25,821 nt of DNA, from positions 1 to 25,821 of the forward strand of contig JAZLBQ010000016.1 in the NCBI GenBank assembly GCA_045613785.1. The letters are read 5' to 3'. Positions 7,247 to 16,827 of this stretch are shown piece by piece. The stretch's first letter is position 1, and each line of letters starts with the position of its first letter. This DNA is from Candidatus Enterousia sp. (GTDB taxonomy: Bacteria; Pseudomonadota; Alphaproteobacteria; Rs-D84). The notes beneath the pieces were generated by a model. It was given only the letters and a program-made list of their open reading frames with translations. It was not told where the DNA came from and did no database searches. The translations under genes and the position numbers were made by a program.

Positions 7247-7340
7247 TTTCGTTCCCCTCATCATCAAGAATTTTATTTACGATTATCCAAGTTAAACCTG
7301 TTATTCCCGTAACAGTCAAGACTAAAGCTAAAATCAGCAT
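7236..7340 (-). CDS. Small single-pass membrane peptide (34 aa)
   Basis: MLILALVLTVTGITGLTWIIVNKILDDEGNENEL. RBS GGGGTG, starts 1 bp after the Dit stop and overlaps the next start, filling the gap exactly. Confidence 0.55.
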   Translation of the reverse strand: MLILALVLTVTGITGLTWIIVNKILDDEGNENEL

Positions 7341-7341
7341 T

Positions 7342-9855
7342 TTACACCCCGATATATTTCTGACGATAAGTAATTCTACATCTTAAACTTCCGTGACTTC
7401 GCAACACTCTAAAATAATTGGTCCCTTTTAATATGTTTAAATTCATATCAGAATTAGCACTTATATTATTTATAAGGTTTTCTGTTTCTGTAAAAGTAGA
7501 AAGTAAAACCACCCCATATTGTCCAATTATTACAAATATGTTTAATTTTTCAGAATAATCTAAACTATATATATTTTGTGATACACCACTGCTTCTGGTA
7601 GTCCAATTAACTCCATCACTACTAGTTAATGTTATACCGCTTTCGCCAACTATTAAAAATAGATTTAATTCTCTTGAATATGAAATATCAGAAAGCCTTC
7701 GTGTTGTCCCACTGTTTTCATCATTCCAATCTATTCCATTACTACTTGTTAGAATAGTACCATCTGCACCCGTTGCTACAAGTAATGTTAGATTTTCTGC
7801 ACAGATTATTCCAGATAAATTTTTTATAACCCCACTGTTTTGTGATACCCAATCTACCCCATTACTACTTGTAATTATTGTGCCATTATAGCCAACTACT
7901 ACAAAAAGATTTAATATTTTTGACCATATTATCTTAGATAACTGCACCGTTGTCCCACTATTTTCAATATTCCAATCTATTCCATTACTACTTGTAACTA
8001 TTTTCCCATTTGCACTTATAACTGCAAAAAGGTTTAATTCTTCTGAATAAGTTATAGATTTTAAAGTCAATGAAAGCAATTGACTCGTAGTTCTATCAAT
8101 CCAATCTGTCCCGTTGTTGCTTGTGAGTATTGTACCTGTATCACCAACGGCAACAAAAAGGTTTAATTCTTCTGAATAGGCTATACCATAAATGCTTGCT
8201 ATAACTCCACTGTTTTGTTCCACCCAATCTACTCCATTACTGCTTGTATTAATGAGTCCGTCCAATCCTACTGCTACAAACATATTAAACCTTGTTGAAA
8301 AGATTACATCTAAATAAGTTGCCAATTTCACTCTATTAATCCATTCTATACCATTATTACTTGTCAAAATCCGTCCGCTTATATCACCTGTTACAAATAA
8401 ATTTAATTCTTCTGAATAGACTATACATCCTAGCGTAGTATCAGTTCCACTATTTCTACTAATCCAATTCATTCCATCACCACTTGTTACAATTGTTCCA
8501 CTATTGCCAACTGCTACAAAAAGGCTTAATTTTTCTGAATATGTTATAGAGTTCAAAACATTTGGCACATTTCCGATTATTCTACTCCAATTAATTCCAT
8601 CTGGACTAGTTATAATACTTCCGCTCATACCGCCCGTAGATGTAACCACAACAAATAAATTTAGGTCATTTGAATAGGTTATATCCTGTAATTGGTCTGA
8701 TACACCACTACTTCGTAATGTCCAATTTACCCCATCAGAACTTGTTGTGACAGTTCCGCTTTCACCTACTGCCACAAATAAATTTAATTCACTTGAATAG
8801 ATTACAGAATTTAAAGTAAGGGAAACACCGCTTGTTCTTCGAACCCAATCTACTCCATTATCACTTGTAATTATTATGCCATCAATTCCAACGGCAACAA
8901 AAATATCTAATTCTTCTGAATAAGTCGTTGCACTTAAATACGCAGTAGTCCCACTGTTTCTTGTAACCCAATCAATTCCATTATTACTCGTTATAATTGT
9001 ACCATTATTGCCAACTGCTACAAATAACTCCAATTCTTCCGAATAAGTTATGCCGTATAAATTATTTGCAACTCCACTGTTTTGGAAGGTCCAACTAATA
9101 CCGTCATAAGATTTAAAAATTATCTCACGGGAAACACCAACAAATATACCTTTATTACTAGCATAACACACCGAATTCATTCTGCCATTATATTTTGTCA
9201 TATTGAAATTTAAAATTTCAGACACAACTTTTTTTTGACCATTATTTGTATCTATTAATAAATTATTTTCTAAAGTTCCATTATAAGCTATTTCTTTTGG
9301 TGTATTTAACCGTTGTATCAATGGGTTAGTTGTTCCTTCTCCATAAAAATCTATTTTCATTTGACAAGGCACATCCCCATCATTTTCTATAGTTGCAATT
9401 TTATTTGCGTCAATGTATATTTCTGTTTCTTCTAAATCTTCCCAATAAGGTGAAGGGCAAGAGAAAGCGACAGACGCTTTTAGAGTTCCTGCATCATTAC
9501 TGTTTTTATTTTCAAATAACGGAATCTGTGGTACGGCTTTAATCTGTCGGCTCAAATAATCATTAGTGTAAATTAAAGTTCCTTCCCCAAGTTTCGGATT
9601 TAATACAGAAATCAATTCACGCTTTTTCTGGTAACGCAATTCAAGGTTGTTTCCGTCATAGATGGCAACAGTTACACTGATTTCCCTCTGCTCCATTAAG
9701 GCATCGAGAAAAACACCGCCATCCTCAAACGGCACTTGTTGTGTCTGGATATTCAAACCTGTATTTGACAGACCTTCCCAATTTGTGATTCCAAAATTGC
9801 CCGCAGTCATATCTATCTGTGTTCCATTACCATTTATAAAAACAAGTTTCTGCAT
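7342..9855 (-). CDS. Distal tail protein (Dit) with inserted Asp-box/BNR beta-propeller repeats
   Basis: Sipho-tail-like ends (FSCPSPYWED, IENDGDVPC, TNPLI, LKGTNYFR, ITYRQKYIGV) flank 13 S-x-[DN]-G-x-x-W repeats of about 42 aa. Confidence 0.85.
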   Translation of the reverse strand: MQKLVFINGNGTQIDMTAGNFGITNWEGLSNTGLNIQTQQVPFEDGGVFLDALMEQREISVTVAIYDGNNLELRYQKKRELISVLNPKLGEGTLIYTNDYLSRQIKAVPQIPLFENKNSNDAGTLKASVAFSCPSPYWEDLEETEIYIDANKIATIENDGDVPCQMKIDFYGEGTTNPLIQRLNTPKEIAYNGTLENNLLIDTNNGQKKVVSEILNFNMTKYNGRMNSVCYASNKGIFVGVSREIIFKSYDGISWTFQNSGVANNLYGITYSEELELFVAVGNNGTIITSNNGIDWVTRNSGTTAYLSATTYSEELDIFVAVGIDGIIITSDNGVDWVRRTSGVSLTLNSVIYSSELNLFVAVGESGTVTTSSDGVNWTLRSSGVSDQLQDITYSNDLNLFVVVTSTGGMSGSIITSPDGINWSRIIGNVPNVLNSITYSEKLSLFVAVGNSGTIVTSGDGMNWISRNSGTDTTLGCIVYSEELNLFVTGDISGRILTSNNGIEWINRVKLATYLDVIFSTRFNMFVAVGLDGLINTSSNGVDWVEQNSGVIASIYGIAYSEELNLFVAVGDTGTILTSNNGTDWIDRTTSQLLSLTLKSITYSEELNLFAVISANGKIVTSSNGIDWNIENSGTTVQLSKIIWSKILNLFVVVGYNGTIITSSNGVDWVSQNSGVIKNLSGIICAENLTLLVATGADGTILTSSNGIDWNDENSGTTRRLSDISYSRELNLFLIVGESGITLTSSDGVNWTTRSSGVSQNIYSLDYSEKLNIFVIIGQYGVVLLSTFTETENLINNISANSDMNLNILKGTNYFRVLRSHGSLRCRITYRQKYIGV

Positions 9856-9866
9856 ATCTTCACCCC

Positions 9867-12800
9867 TTACAAAATTCCATTTATTGCCATCTGTCTGTTA
9901 TAAGCTTTAAATTGTTGCATCATACTAAATGCGGTTGTGTCTTGCAGATTGTTGAAAGTTACATTGAAATTATTAGTCTTTCCGCCCATATTTTCAAGGG
10001 CTTTGTTTGTGCTTCTGTTATTCAAAACCTGCTCACCACCTCTGAACTTTACTAATTCGGGTCCTGCTTCACCAACAATTGCCAAGCCCGCAGGTGCATT
10101 ATTTGTTCCTTTCGCCCACCATCCAAGAGCATGACCAATAGTAGAAACTCCACCTGTTAAAAGTGCCAATCCTGCATCACCCGCTTGTGAACCTGTTTGT
10201 GTTCCACTTGTCTCTCTAGTTAATGCAGCAAGCCCGCCCGAAAATATTGACCCGATTGCATTGCCAAGTGCGGTTAAAACATCCATCCAAAATTCAAAAG
10301 TCATAACCTTTTTTAATAAAGTAGAAAGTCCTTCTGAAAAAGCCTTGAACATTCCACCCGTATCACTTGAAAATATTTTGAGTATTTCACTTGCCAATCT
10401 GTTTATTATTTCTGGCAGTTTCGGAATAATAGCATTAATTACCGCAAAAATTAATTTAATTAGCGACTCTGCAATCTTTGGCACTAATTCTATTAATGCG
10501 TCAATTATTCCCATTATCGAGTCTGTTATTGAGTCAATAAATTCTTCATTAGTAAGAGCCACCGCCAATGCGTCTATAATTACTTTAATAACCCGCAGAA
10601 TAGCTCTAATCAATTTCGGTAGTGTTTTATTTGCACTTGTCATTGATTTTGCAAGGAAATCGCCAATTTTTTCAACCTGTGTTTCTAACATAGATACAAC
10701 TTTATCGAGATTTCTTATTATCAAATCTTCAAGAGTTGTCTGAATTGTTAAAATTACATTTAGTAAAGTATTCAAGCCATCATCAGTTTCAACCCATTCG
10801 CACAAACCATCTATCGCACCGTCAACCAAATCCACCATAATTGAAAGTAAATCTTCTGTAATCTGTGGAAGTGCAATTCCTATGCTATGCAACATATTAT
10901 AGACAACATCTTTTATTGCATCAGCGTTAATAATGTTCTTTAAGCTTGCAAATAATGTACCGATACTCTGCAAAACGCTCTGAACAAAATAAGGAAGTTG
11001 TGGAAGTGTTTCCACAAAAAATGTCAAAACAGAATCTTCAAATTCAAGTAAAGTGTCGAGTGCATCACTTATAGAAAGAGCAAAAAGTTTTTTGAAAATA
11101 TTTATTGTAGTATCTACGACTGATTTTATTGTAGACGCAATTTTTTTAACAACTGCAACAACTTTATTTGCATACTGTTTTGCATATTCAAGCATTAATG
11201 CCAATTTGCTTTTTTCGTCTTTTTCTTCTTCTTCGTTCTTTTTCTTTTTGTAATTTCCTAATTCGTCATAAATCTTTTTTTCTTCGTTTGCATAATATTC
11301 ATTTATCGCGTTTATTTCTTCGCCATTGCCGTTTGCGTTTTCTAATGCTTTTTCTTTTTCTTCTTCGAGTCTTTGTAATTTGAGTTCTAATAACTTTTCA
11401 TTATAATAACGTTCGATTGAGTATGTTTCTTCCCCCATCGCTTCTGCAAGGGAAACTGCTCTTTCTTTTTCCGTTTCAAGCATTTCTATTCTTTGTTCAA
11501 GAAGTTTTTCTTGCCACTCTGAATTTTCTTCTGTCTTTCCCAACTGCTCCAAAATCTGATTAATTATTGCCATCTGGTCTTTGTAATACTGATTATTTTC
11601 TGTAATTTTTCCGCCCGACTCACTCATAATATCTACAAGTTTTTCTTGATAGAATTTTAGTCGTTCTTCATTTGATACGGCTTCACCTGTTACCTTCTTA
11701 ATGTTTGCCCATCTTTTTTCCTGTTCGGCAATCATTTTAAGATATTTTTCTTTTAAGTCATTAATCAGCTTTTCTTCTTCTGCCTGTGCTTCTGCTTCCG
11801 CGCGGGCTTTCTTTTCAGCTTCGTTTTCTTTGCGTCTTTTATTGAGTTCTTCGGAAATTGTCTTTAATTGAGCATTGAGGTCTTTTATTTGGGCTTTATA
11901 TGCCTGTGCAGTTTCATCCGTTGCTTCATCAATATATTTTCCGTATAACTGAATATACTGTGAGTAGTTTCTTGTAATTTCCTGTTGCTTATGTAAAACT
12001 TCGGAGAATGCCCTTTCAAGGTTTTCTGTCGTTGCATCAACATTGACTGTTTCATCCTTGAAAACATCCGCCATTGCTTCTTTCAAACCTTTGGCTTTTG
12101 TTATAGCATTGTTTAAGTTTGTTACAACTTCTGTAAAATATTTACGCATCGGGGCTAATGCTTTTTCAAAAACACTTCCTAGATTTTCTTTCAAATCCCC
12201 AAGTGCATTTTTTAACTGTTTTGCAGAATCTGCGGTTGCACTTGCCAAGCCTTTATATTTATTACCAAGTATTTCTACGGCTTTACCGCTTTTTAGTTCT
12301 TCTTCTGTAAGGTTTTTTAATTCTGAATTCTGTTGTCCTAATCGACCTATATTGCCATTAAGTGTTGCATTTAATTGTTGTATTGCAGTTTCAAAAGATA
12401 TTGTTCCTGTTGCACTCATATCGGTTGCAACTCTGATAATATCCATTGTTTCTGCTTCTGTTCTTCCTGTGGCAATTAATTGTGCCATCATCGGCAGGAA
12501 CTGTTCATCACCAATTTCTGAAACTCTCTGCATCTCTGACGCAAATTGTTTCAATCCTTTTATAGAACTTCCGTCTAAATAAGGATTATTTTTTACTGCG
12601 GTTTCAAGAGCAATTTCTGCCTTATATTGATTTCTGTATGCTTCTGCACATTCATTTACAGTTTTTGAAATTGCTTGAAAAGCTTTTTTTGCAGTTCCAA
12701 GAATTGCAGTTACACCGCCCGTTGCAAGTCCGACCGCACCTAATGCACCAACAAGCCCGCTTTTTCCAAGTCCTTGAATTACACCCGAAACGGATTTTGA

Positions 12801-12893
12801 CAGATTTTCACTTGCTTTCTGTGCCTTCTTTATTCCGCTTTCAAAACCGCTTGCATCTGCGGTAATTTCTGCACTTATGTTGTAATCTGCCAT
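9867..12893 (-). CDS. Tail tape measure protein
   Basis: 1008 aa, helical/coiled-coil, C-terminal AKGT..APAGLAIVGEAGPELV motif; canonical position. Confidence 0.9.
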   Translation of the reverse strand: MADYNISAEITADASGFESGIKKAQKASENLSKSVSGVIQGLGKSGLVGALGAVGLATGGVTAILGTAKKAFQAISKTVNECAEAYRNQYKAEIALETAVKNNPYLDGSSIKGLKQFASEMQRVSEIGDEQFLPMMAQLIATGRTEAETMDIIRVATDMSATGTISFETAIQQLNATLNGNIGRLGQQNSELKNLTEEELKSGKAVEILGNKYKGLASATADSAKQLKNALGDLKENLGSVFEKALAPMRKYFTEVVTNLNNAITKAKGLKEAMADVFKDETVNVDATTENLERAFSEVLHKQQEITRNYSQYIQLYGKYIDEATDETAQAYKAQIKDLNAQLKTISEELNKRRKENEAEKKARAEAEAQAEEEKLINDLKEKYLKMIAEQEKRWANIKKVTGEAVSNEERLKFYQEKLVDIMSESGGKITENNQYYKDQMAIINQILEQLGKTEENSEWQEKLLEQRIEMLETEKERAVSLAEAMGEETYSIERYYNEKLLELKLQRLEEEKEKALENANGNGEEINAINEYYANEEKKIYDELGNYKKKKNEEEEKDEKSKLALMLEYAKQYANKVVAVVKKIASTIKSVVDTTINIFKKLFALSISDALDTLLEFEDSVLTFFVETLPQLPYFVQSVLQSIGTLFASLKNIINADAIKDVVYNMLHSIGIALPQITEDLLSIMVDLVDGAIDGLCEWVETDDGLNTLLNVILTIQTTLEDLIIRNLDKVVSMLETQVEKIGDFLAKSMTSANKTLPKLIRAILRVIKVIIDALAVALTNEEFIDSITDSIMGIIDALIELVPKIAESLIKLIFAVINAIIPKLPEIINRLASEILKIFSSDTGGMFKAFSEGLSTLLKKVMTFEFWMDVLTALGNAIGSIFSGGLAALTRETSGTQTGSQAGDAGLALLTGGVSTIGHALGWWAKGTNNAPAGLAIVGEAGPELVKFRGGEQVLNNRSTNKALENMGGKTNNFNVTFNNLQDTTAFSMMQQFKAYNRQMAINGIL

Positions 12894-12906
12894 TTTTCAA
12901 ATCTCC

Positions 12907-13197
12907 TTAAAACAAGCCTTTTAATGCACCTTCGGAAATCGGAATATCACGACCCGCAACGGGTCCACCTTTTTCTTCCAGATTATCGGGGTCTTTACCC
13001 CAAACCATACAAGCAATATAAACCGCTTGATTTTTTATTCTTGTCCTTTCAATTTCTTTCTTTTGGTCTATTAAAGCAATAATTTTTCGTGGTGTGGATT
13101 CCCAAAAGCTTTCTTCACTTATGCCCATTAATAGACATTCAGTCAATAAATAAGCATAAGGCAGTTCATCTACTTCGCTTCCTTCACCGCTTTTTTT
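12907..13197 (-). CDS. Tail assembly chaperone, frameshift extension (lambda gpT-like)
   Basis: The -1 frame is open from the A AAA AAA run at 13191-13198 through ...ELPYAYLLTECLLMGISEESFWESTPRKI. Confidence 0.75.
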   Translation of the reverse strand, partial: KKSGEGSEVDELPYAYLLTECLLMGISEESFWESTPRKIIALIDQKKEIERTRIKNQAVYIACMVWGKDPDNLEEKGGPVAGRDIPISEGALKGLF

Positions 13198-13514
13198 TCG
13201 TCAACAGGTAATGAACCATAGATTGCACGATTAAAAACTTCACTTACAATTTCAATATCTGCAAGCCCGTATTCATCAAGAATGTTTTCTTCTGTTACAT
13301 CTTCTTTGTCTACAAGCCCGATATATAAAAGATGTGGAAGTGTGTTGAACGGCATTTCTTCAACCTGCTTCTGCAACTTTTCCAAGTTCTTCAATCCGCC
13401 ATATTCTTTTTCAAGAATAGCCCAAGCAGAAAAACCGAATTTAATTTCTCTTTCCTTACCCTTAATAAAAAGAGTAACCTTTTCGCCCCTTACGTTGTTG
13501 AGTTCTTTTCCCAT
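13170..13514 (-). CDS. Tail assembly chaperone (lambda gpG-like)
   Basis: Lies between the major tail and tape measure genes, with a slippery A8 near its 3' end. Confidence 0.8.
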   Translation of the reverse strand: MGKELNNVRGEKVTLFIKGKEREIKFGFSAWAILEKEYGGLKNLEKLQKQVEEMPFNTLPHLLYIGLVDKEDVTEENILDEYGLADIEIVSEVFNRAIYGSLPVDEKKAVKEAK

Positions 13515-13535
13515 TTCTTTTATTCTCCTTTGATT

Positions 13536-13594
13536 AAAAAAAAATCCCTAGCGGGTATATATCGAAGTATACACCAACTAGGGATAAAACGCAA
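13536..13594 (-). terminator. Terminator-like hairpin after the major tail gene, overlapped by a promoter-like element
   Basis: Stem ATCCCTAG/CTAGGGAT with a T9 run on the minus strand; TTGCGT-17 bp-TATACT at 13594-13566. Confidence 0.55.
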
Positions 13595-13608
13595 ACTTAC
13601 CAGATCAA

Positions 13609-14532
13609 TTAAGAAAGACTTGCGTCAGTATATGGTGTTACACTAACCCCGTTATTATCTTTCAATCCGCTTGTAACAGTAACGGCAGTTATAACACCTG
13701 TTTCTGCTTCTGCCTTTGTGAAAGTAATTGTCGGTGCAGTTGCAGTTCCACCAAATGCAAGTGTTCCCGCCATACTCTTTCCGTCATCGTCAAATACAAC
13801 AATAGATTCGCCTACGATTGCACTTGATTCTGCAAAAGTAAATGCTTCGGCACTTCCCTTAGAACCTGTCAAGACAAGTTTTCCGTTTGACAATGCACCG
13901 CTTACAGTAACGGCACTCAATGACTGTGAAACAGAAACGATTGGTGCATTGAACCATCCCGAAAGAAGTGATGCACTTGCGGTTGGATCATCGGTGCGGA
14001 TATGTGTGCAGATAGTTCCGCTTTCCTGTCCGTCTGGAACAAAGAAAGTCTGTGTGAACTGTGCAGTTACATTAATATGACCGAAGTTAAGGCTTTCCTG
14101 TTTTGTTTCACCGCCTGTTTCGGGAACAGAGAATTTTCCTTTTGCATACCAGAAATACTGATAGCGGTTGTTTCCGTTTGCGTCTTTTCCCGCAAGCCAT
14201 ACACGGAAACCGAACGCAAAATCTGCACTCTGGTCAAGTACAGTTTCAACAGTAACACCGTTAACCTTTCTCTGTCCGAGCATAAGAGCCAAAACGGAGG
14301 GGTCAACATCAATCATTTCAAGATTGAGTTCTGTGTTGCCACGATTAGAAGCCGAGAAGAATGGACCATTGTCCGCATAATCAACGGCTACATCCGAGTT
14401 CGGATTAACGGTTGCATTTACTGCACCTTTTAACGCAATCGGTGTATCATATACGATTCCGCCTGCATCATCCGAAAGAACCTTTGCGATAACTACGTTA
14501 TCAAGACCAATTTTTGGTGCTTCGTTTGCCAT
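13609..14532 (-). CDS. Major tail protein (phi13-like) with C-terminal Ig-like extension
   Basis: KIGLDNVVIA, DYADNGP, FAFGFR and YFWYAKGKF motifs; about 105-aa beta-rich C-terminal addition. Confidence 0.85.
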   Translation of the reverse strand: MANEAPKIGLDNVVIAKVLSDDAGGIVYDTPIALKGAVNATVNPNSDVAVDYADNGPFFSASNRGNTELNLEMIDVDPSVLALMLGQRKVNGVTVETVLDQSADFAFGFRVWLAGKDANGNNRYQYFWYAKGKFSVPETGGETKQESLNFGHINVTAQFTQTFFVPDGQESGTICTHIRTDDPTASASLLSGWFNAPIVSVSQSLSAVTVSGALSNGKLVLTGSKGSAEAFTFAESSAIVGESIVVFDDDGKSMAGTLAFGGTATAPTITFTKAEAETGVITAVTVTSGLKDNNGVSVTPYTDASLS

Positions 14533-14567
14533 AATTTTTAATCTCCTTAAAAATATAACGTTATATC

Positions 14568-14942
14568 TTAAAGGGAATAAAATTCCCGTTTAAAATCCAT
14601 TATTCTGTGTTTTATACAATCATCAACATCTGGTGTTTCATTATTGGAAAGCATTGCCCAATAATCAGCACGAAATATTGAACGTACAACATCTGCGATT
14701 TCTTCCGCCTTCGGATAGTTTTTTATTGTTTTACTGAAAATATGAATTCTTACAGTTGCCGATGTTCCTTCGGGCAGATTGTCCGAAAATGCAACATCGC
14801 TTGAATTCATATCTTCAAAAACTACAAGCGGGAATGTTTTTACTTCCTGCGGATAAGCTGAAACAATATGCTTTTCACCTATCAGCGCAATTAATTCTGA
14901 ACTTGCGAAAAGTAATGTCATATAATATTTTTTTAAGTTCAT
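14568..14942 (-). CDS. Tail terminator/completion protein
   Basis: Position, size and FPLVVF...VRIHIFSK pattern. Confidence 0.65.
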   Translation of the reverse strand: MNLKKYYMTLLFASSELIALIGEKHIVSAYPQEVKTFPLVVFEDMNSSDVAFSDNLPEGTSATVRIHIFSKTIKNYPKAEEIADVVRSIFRADYWAMLSNNETPDVDDCIKHRIMDFKREFYSL

Positions 14943-15373
14943 TATCTAAAAATCTCCTTCCACAAATTAGCCATCCAACCTTGACACTTTATAAGACTAG
15001 CCGACAACCACGGGCGGGGCTTCATCTTGCTTGTGCCATATTCTAAAAATCTAGGGTAATCGGAATCGTGTATTATGCTTCCAACTTCCCCGACAACTTC
15101 ATTCCCCTTTACTGTTACCGAATGCGTAATACTTCGCATTAAATAACCTGTATCGGGTGCAGGCGGATTTCCTGCATAACTTGGATGATGGTGTTTCTTG
15201 CCATAACTAACATCGGGGTTAGTTGGTGAATCACGCATTATTGTTTTTGCAGTTCTTTCAACTTCTGCACTTGCCATTGTTACAAACTTTCTTGAATCGG
15301 CTTCGGCTTGTTTTGCCTGCCGTTCTAACATTTTTTGAAAGTCTGCAATGCTAATATCAATCCCCTTCGCCAT
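14942..15373 (-). CDS. HK97 gp10-like tail completion protein
   Basis: PPAPDTGYLMRSI and YPRFLEYGTSKMKPRPWL motifs; start at 15373 or 15379. Confidence 0.85.
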   Translation of the reverse strand: MAKGIDISIADFQKMLERQAKQAEADSRKFVTMASAEVERTAKTIMRDSPTNPDVSYGKKHHHPSYAGNPPAPDTGYLMRSITHSVTVKGNEVVGEVGSIIHDSDYPRFLEYGTSKMKPRPWLSASLIKCQGWMANLWKEIFR

Positions 15374-15776
15374 CTTCACCGCCTTCCGTTGGTTCTACAG
15401 GTTCGGGTGTCGGTTCGGGATCTGGTGTTTCTTCTGCTTCATTTTCAACAGGAACAAGCAGACATTCCCCGTGCTTACTCCACGCATTAATCGGCATTAT
15501 ATTAAACAATTCCGATTTGCCCGTAAAACTAGAAAGCACTTTTGCCCGATTACCACTTTTAATATTTTCGTGATAGCCGTTATATAAAAACAATCTGACA
15601 TTTCCTTTGCTTGTGGAAAGTCCGAAAGCTTTGATTTCATCTTCTGTCAATGTATGGGGCTGAACATCGCCTTTGATTTCTTCCACCTTCGACCAATCGG
15701 CAATAACATCGCCTTCATCGTCTACTTCTGAAACTTCGGCTAATATCTCCACAACGGCATTATTAAAACGAACCAT
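15357..15776 (-). CDS. Head closure / head-tail adaptor protein
   Basis: Position after the connector; beta-rich core with an acidic Pro/Glu C-terminal tail. Confidence 0.6.
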   Translation of the reverse strand: MVRFNNAVVEILAEVSEVDDEGDVIADWSKVEEIKGDVQPHTLTEDEIKAFGLSTSKGNVRLFLYNGYHENIKSGNRAKVLSSFTGKSELFNIMPINAWSKHGECLLVPVENEAEETPDPEPTPEPVEPTEGGEDGEGD

Positions 15777-16411
15777 TATGCAACCCCATAGAAAACATAT
15801 TTATCAAGCAGTTTTTTTGCACTTTCTGTCAATCCGATTTCGTTTGCACAATCTCCGTATGTATCGGAAATATGCCCTTCGGAATGTGCTTTTAAGCCAA
15901 CTGCCCCCATTGCATCCAAGTTGTATTTTTCAACAACAAGATTCAAGCAACAGGTTGTAATATCATAAGGCAATGAATCATCATTGCCCGCAACATAGCC
16001 CGTATCATCGGGCAGATAATAACCCGCAGTATATGAAACTAAAATATCCCATACACCCGCAACAATATCGTGTGTAAATCCACGAACGAAAGCTTTATCA
16101 CCCCAACCAAGACCACGATATAAACCGCCCCATCGGGCATACTGTGGCAGTATTTTGAAATCAGTAATCGACTTCCCGCCAACAGTTACGGAGGAAACCG
16201 ACTGCAACGGGAAGTGATTTAGATAAAATACCTGTCGGTTGTTTTCGCAATGCACTTCTTCCGTGTATTCTGCCCTTGCTAATTTATAGCCGATATATCC
16301 TTCGATAAGTGCTGAATACTGCTTAACCAAAAGATTAAGTTTATCATCCTGCGAAGTATCTTCTGCGGAAATATTGAGCATTGTTTTTACATCAGATAAA
16401 GTGCAAAGCAT
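15776..16411 (-). CDS. Head-tail connector (gp6-like)
   Basis: LCTLSDVKTML, IEGYIGYKL, SYTAGY..LPYDI motifs. Confidence 0.8.
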   Translation of the reverse strand: MLCTLSDVKTMLNISAEDTSQDDKLNLLVKQYSALIEGYIGYKLARAEYTEEVHCENNRQVFYLNHFPLQSVSSVTVGGKSITDFKILPQYARWGGLYRGLGWGDKAFVRGFTHDIVAGVWDILVSYTAGYYLPDDTGYVAGNDDSLPYDITTCCLNLVVEKYNLDAMGAVGLKAHSEGHISDTYGDCANEIGLTESAKKLLDKYVFYGVA

Positions 16412-16423
16412 TTTTCAACCACC

Positions 16424-16708
16424 TTATGAACGGGTATTAGGATTTACAGGATAATCGCCAAGTGTAACGATAGCACTTGAATCGTTTGTCTTTACATACT
16501 TTTTAGCAGTGTAAAGGTCAACCCAATTTTCGCCCGCAGACAAATCTGCAAACTTCACGAAGTTAGAAGTTGCAATGTCCGAAGTCTGAACTTCTTTTGA
16601 ATCTGCACTTGCAACAAACAATGCAGTATTTGCACCCTGTGGGTCAAATGCAGTATTTCCGCAAGCGAATGTATGAATCTGTTCTTTAATTGATGAACGT
16701 GTAATCAT
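16424..16708 (-). CDS. Putative capsid decoration/cement protein
   Basis: Small beta-rich ORF right after the major capsid gene; resembles the N-terminus of 19241-19822. Confidence 0.45.
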   Translation of the reverse strand: MITRSSIKEQIHTFACGNTAFDPQGANTALFVASADSKEVQTSDIATSNFVKFADLSAGENWVDLYTAKKYVKTNDSSAIVTLGDYPVNPNTRS

Positions 16709-16734
16709 TTTGCATTTCTCCTTTAATTAAGATT

Positions 16735-16811
16735 AAAAAGGGCTTCGGGGGAAACTAGGTTGCTTTCACAACGCACCGAATGTGTCGGGCTTTCATTTCC
16801 CGAAGCCCTTT
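16735..16811 (-). terminator. Large branched stem-loop after the major capsid gene
   Basis: 13-bp perfect stem AAAGGGCTTCGGG/CCCGAAGCCCTTT enclosing two small hairpins, followed by Ts on the minus strand. Confidence 0.55.
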
Positions 16812-16827
16812 ACTTTTTCTGTTTAGA

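Noticed and set aside
9662-14433. Plus-strand ORFs such as 10261-10743, 12043-12582 and 14002-14433
   Set aside because: Antisense shadows of well-supported minus-strand genes, with no RBS or recognisable motifs.
16737-16811. Hammerhead, twister or pistol ribozyme
   Set aside because: The conserved catalytic core sequences were not found on either strand.
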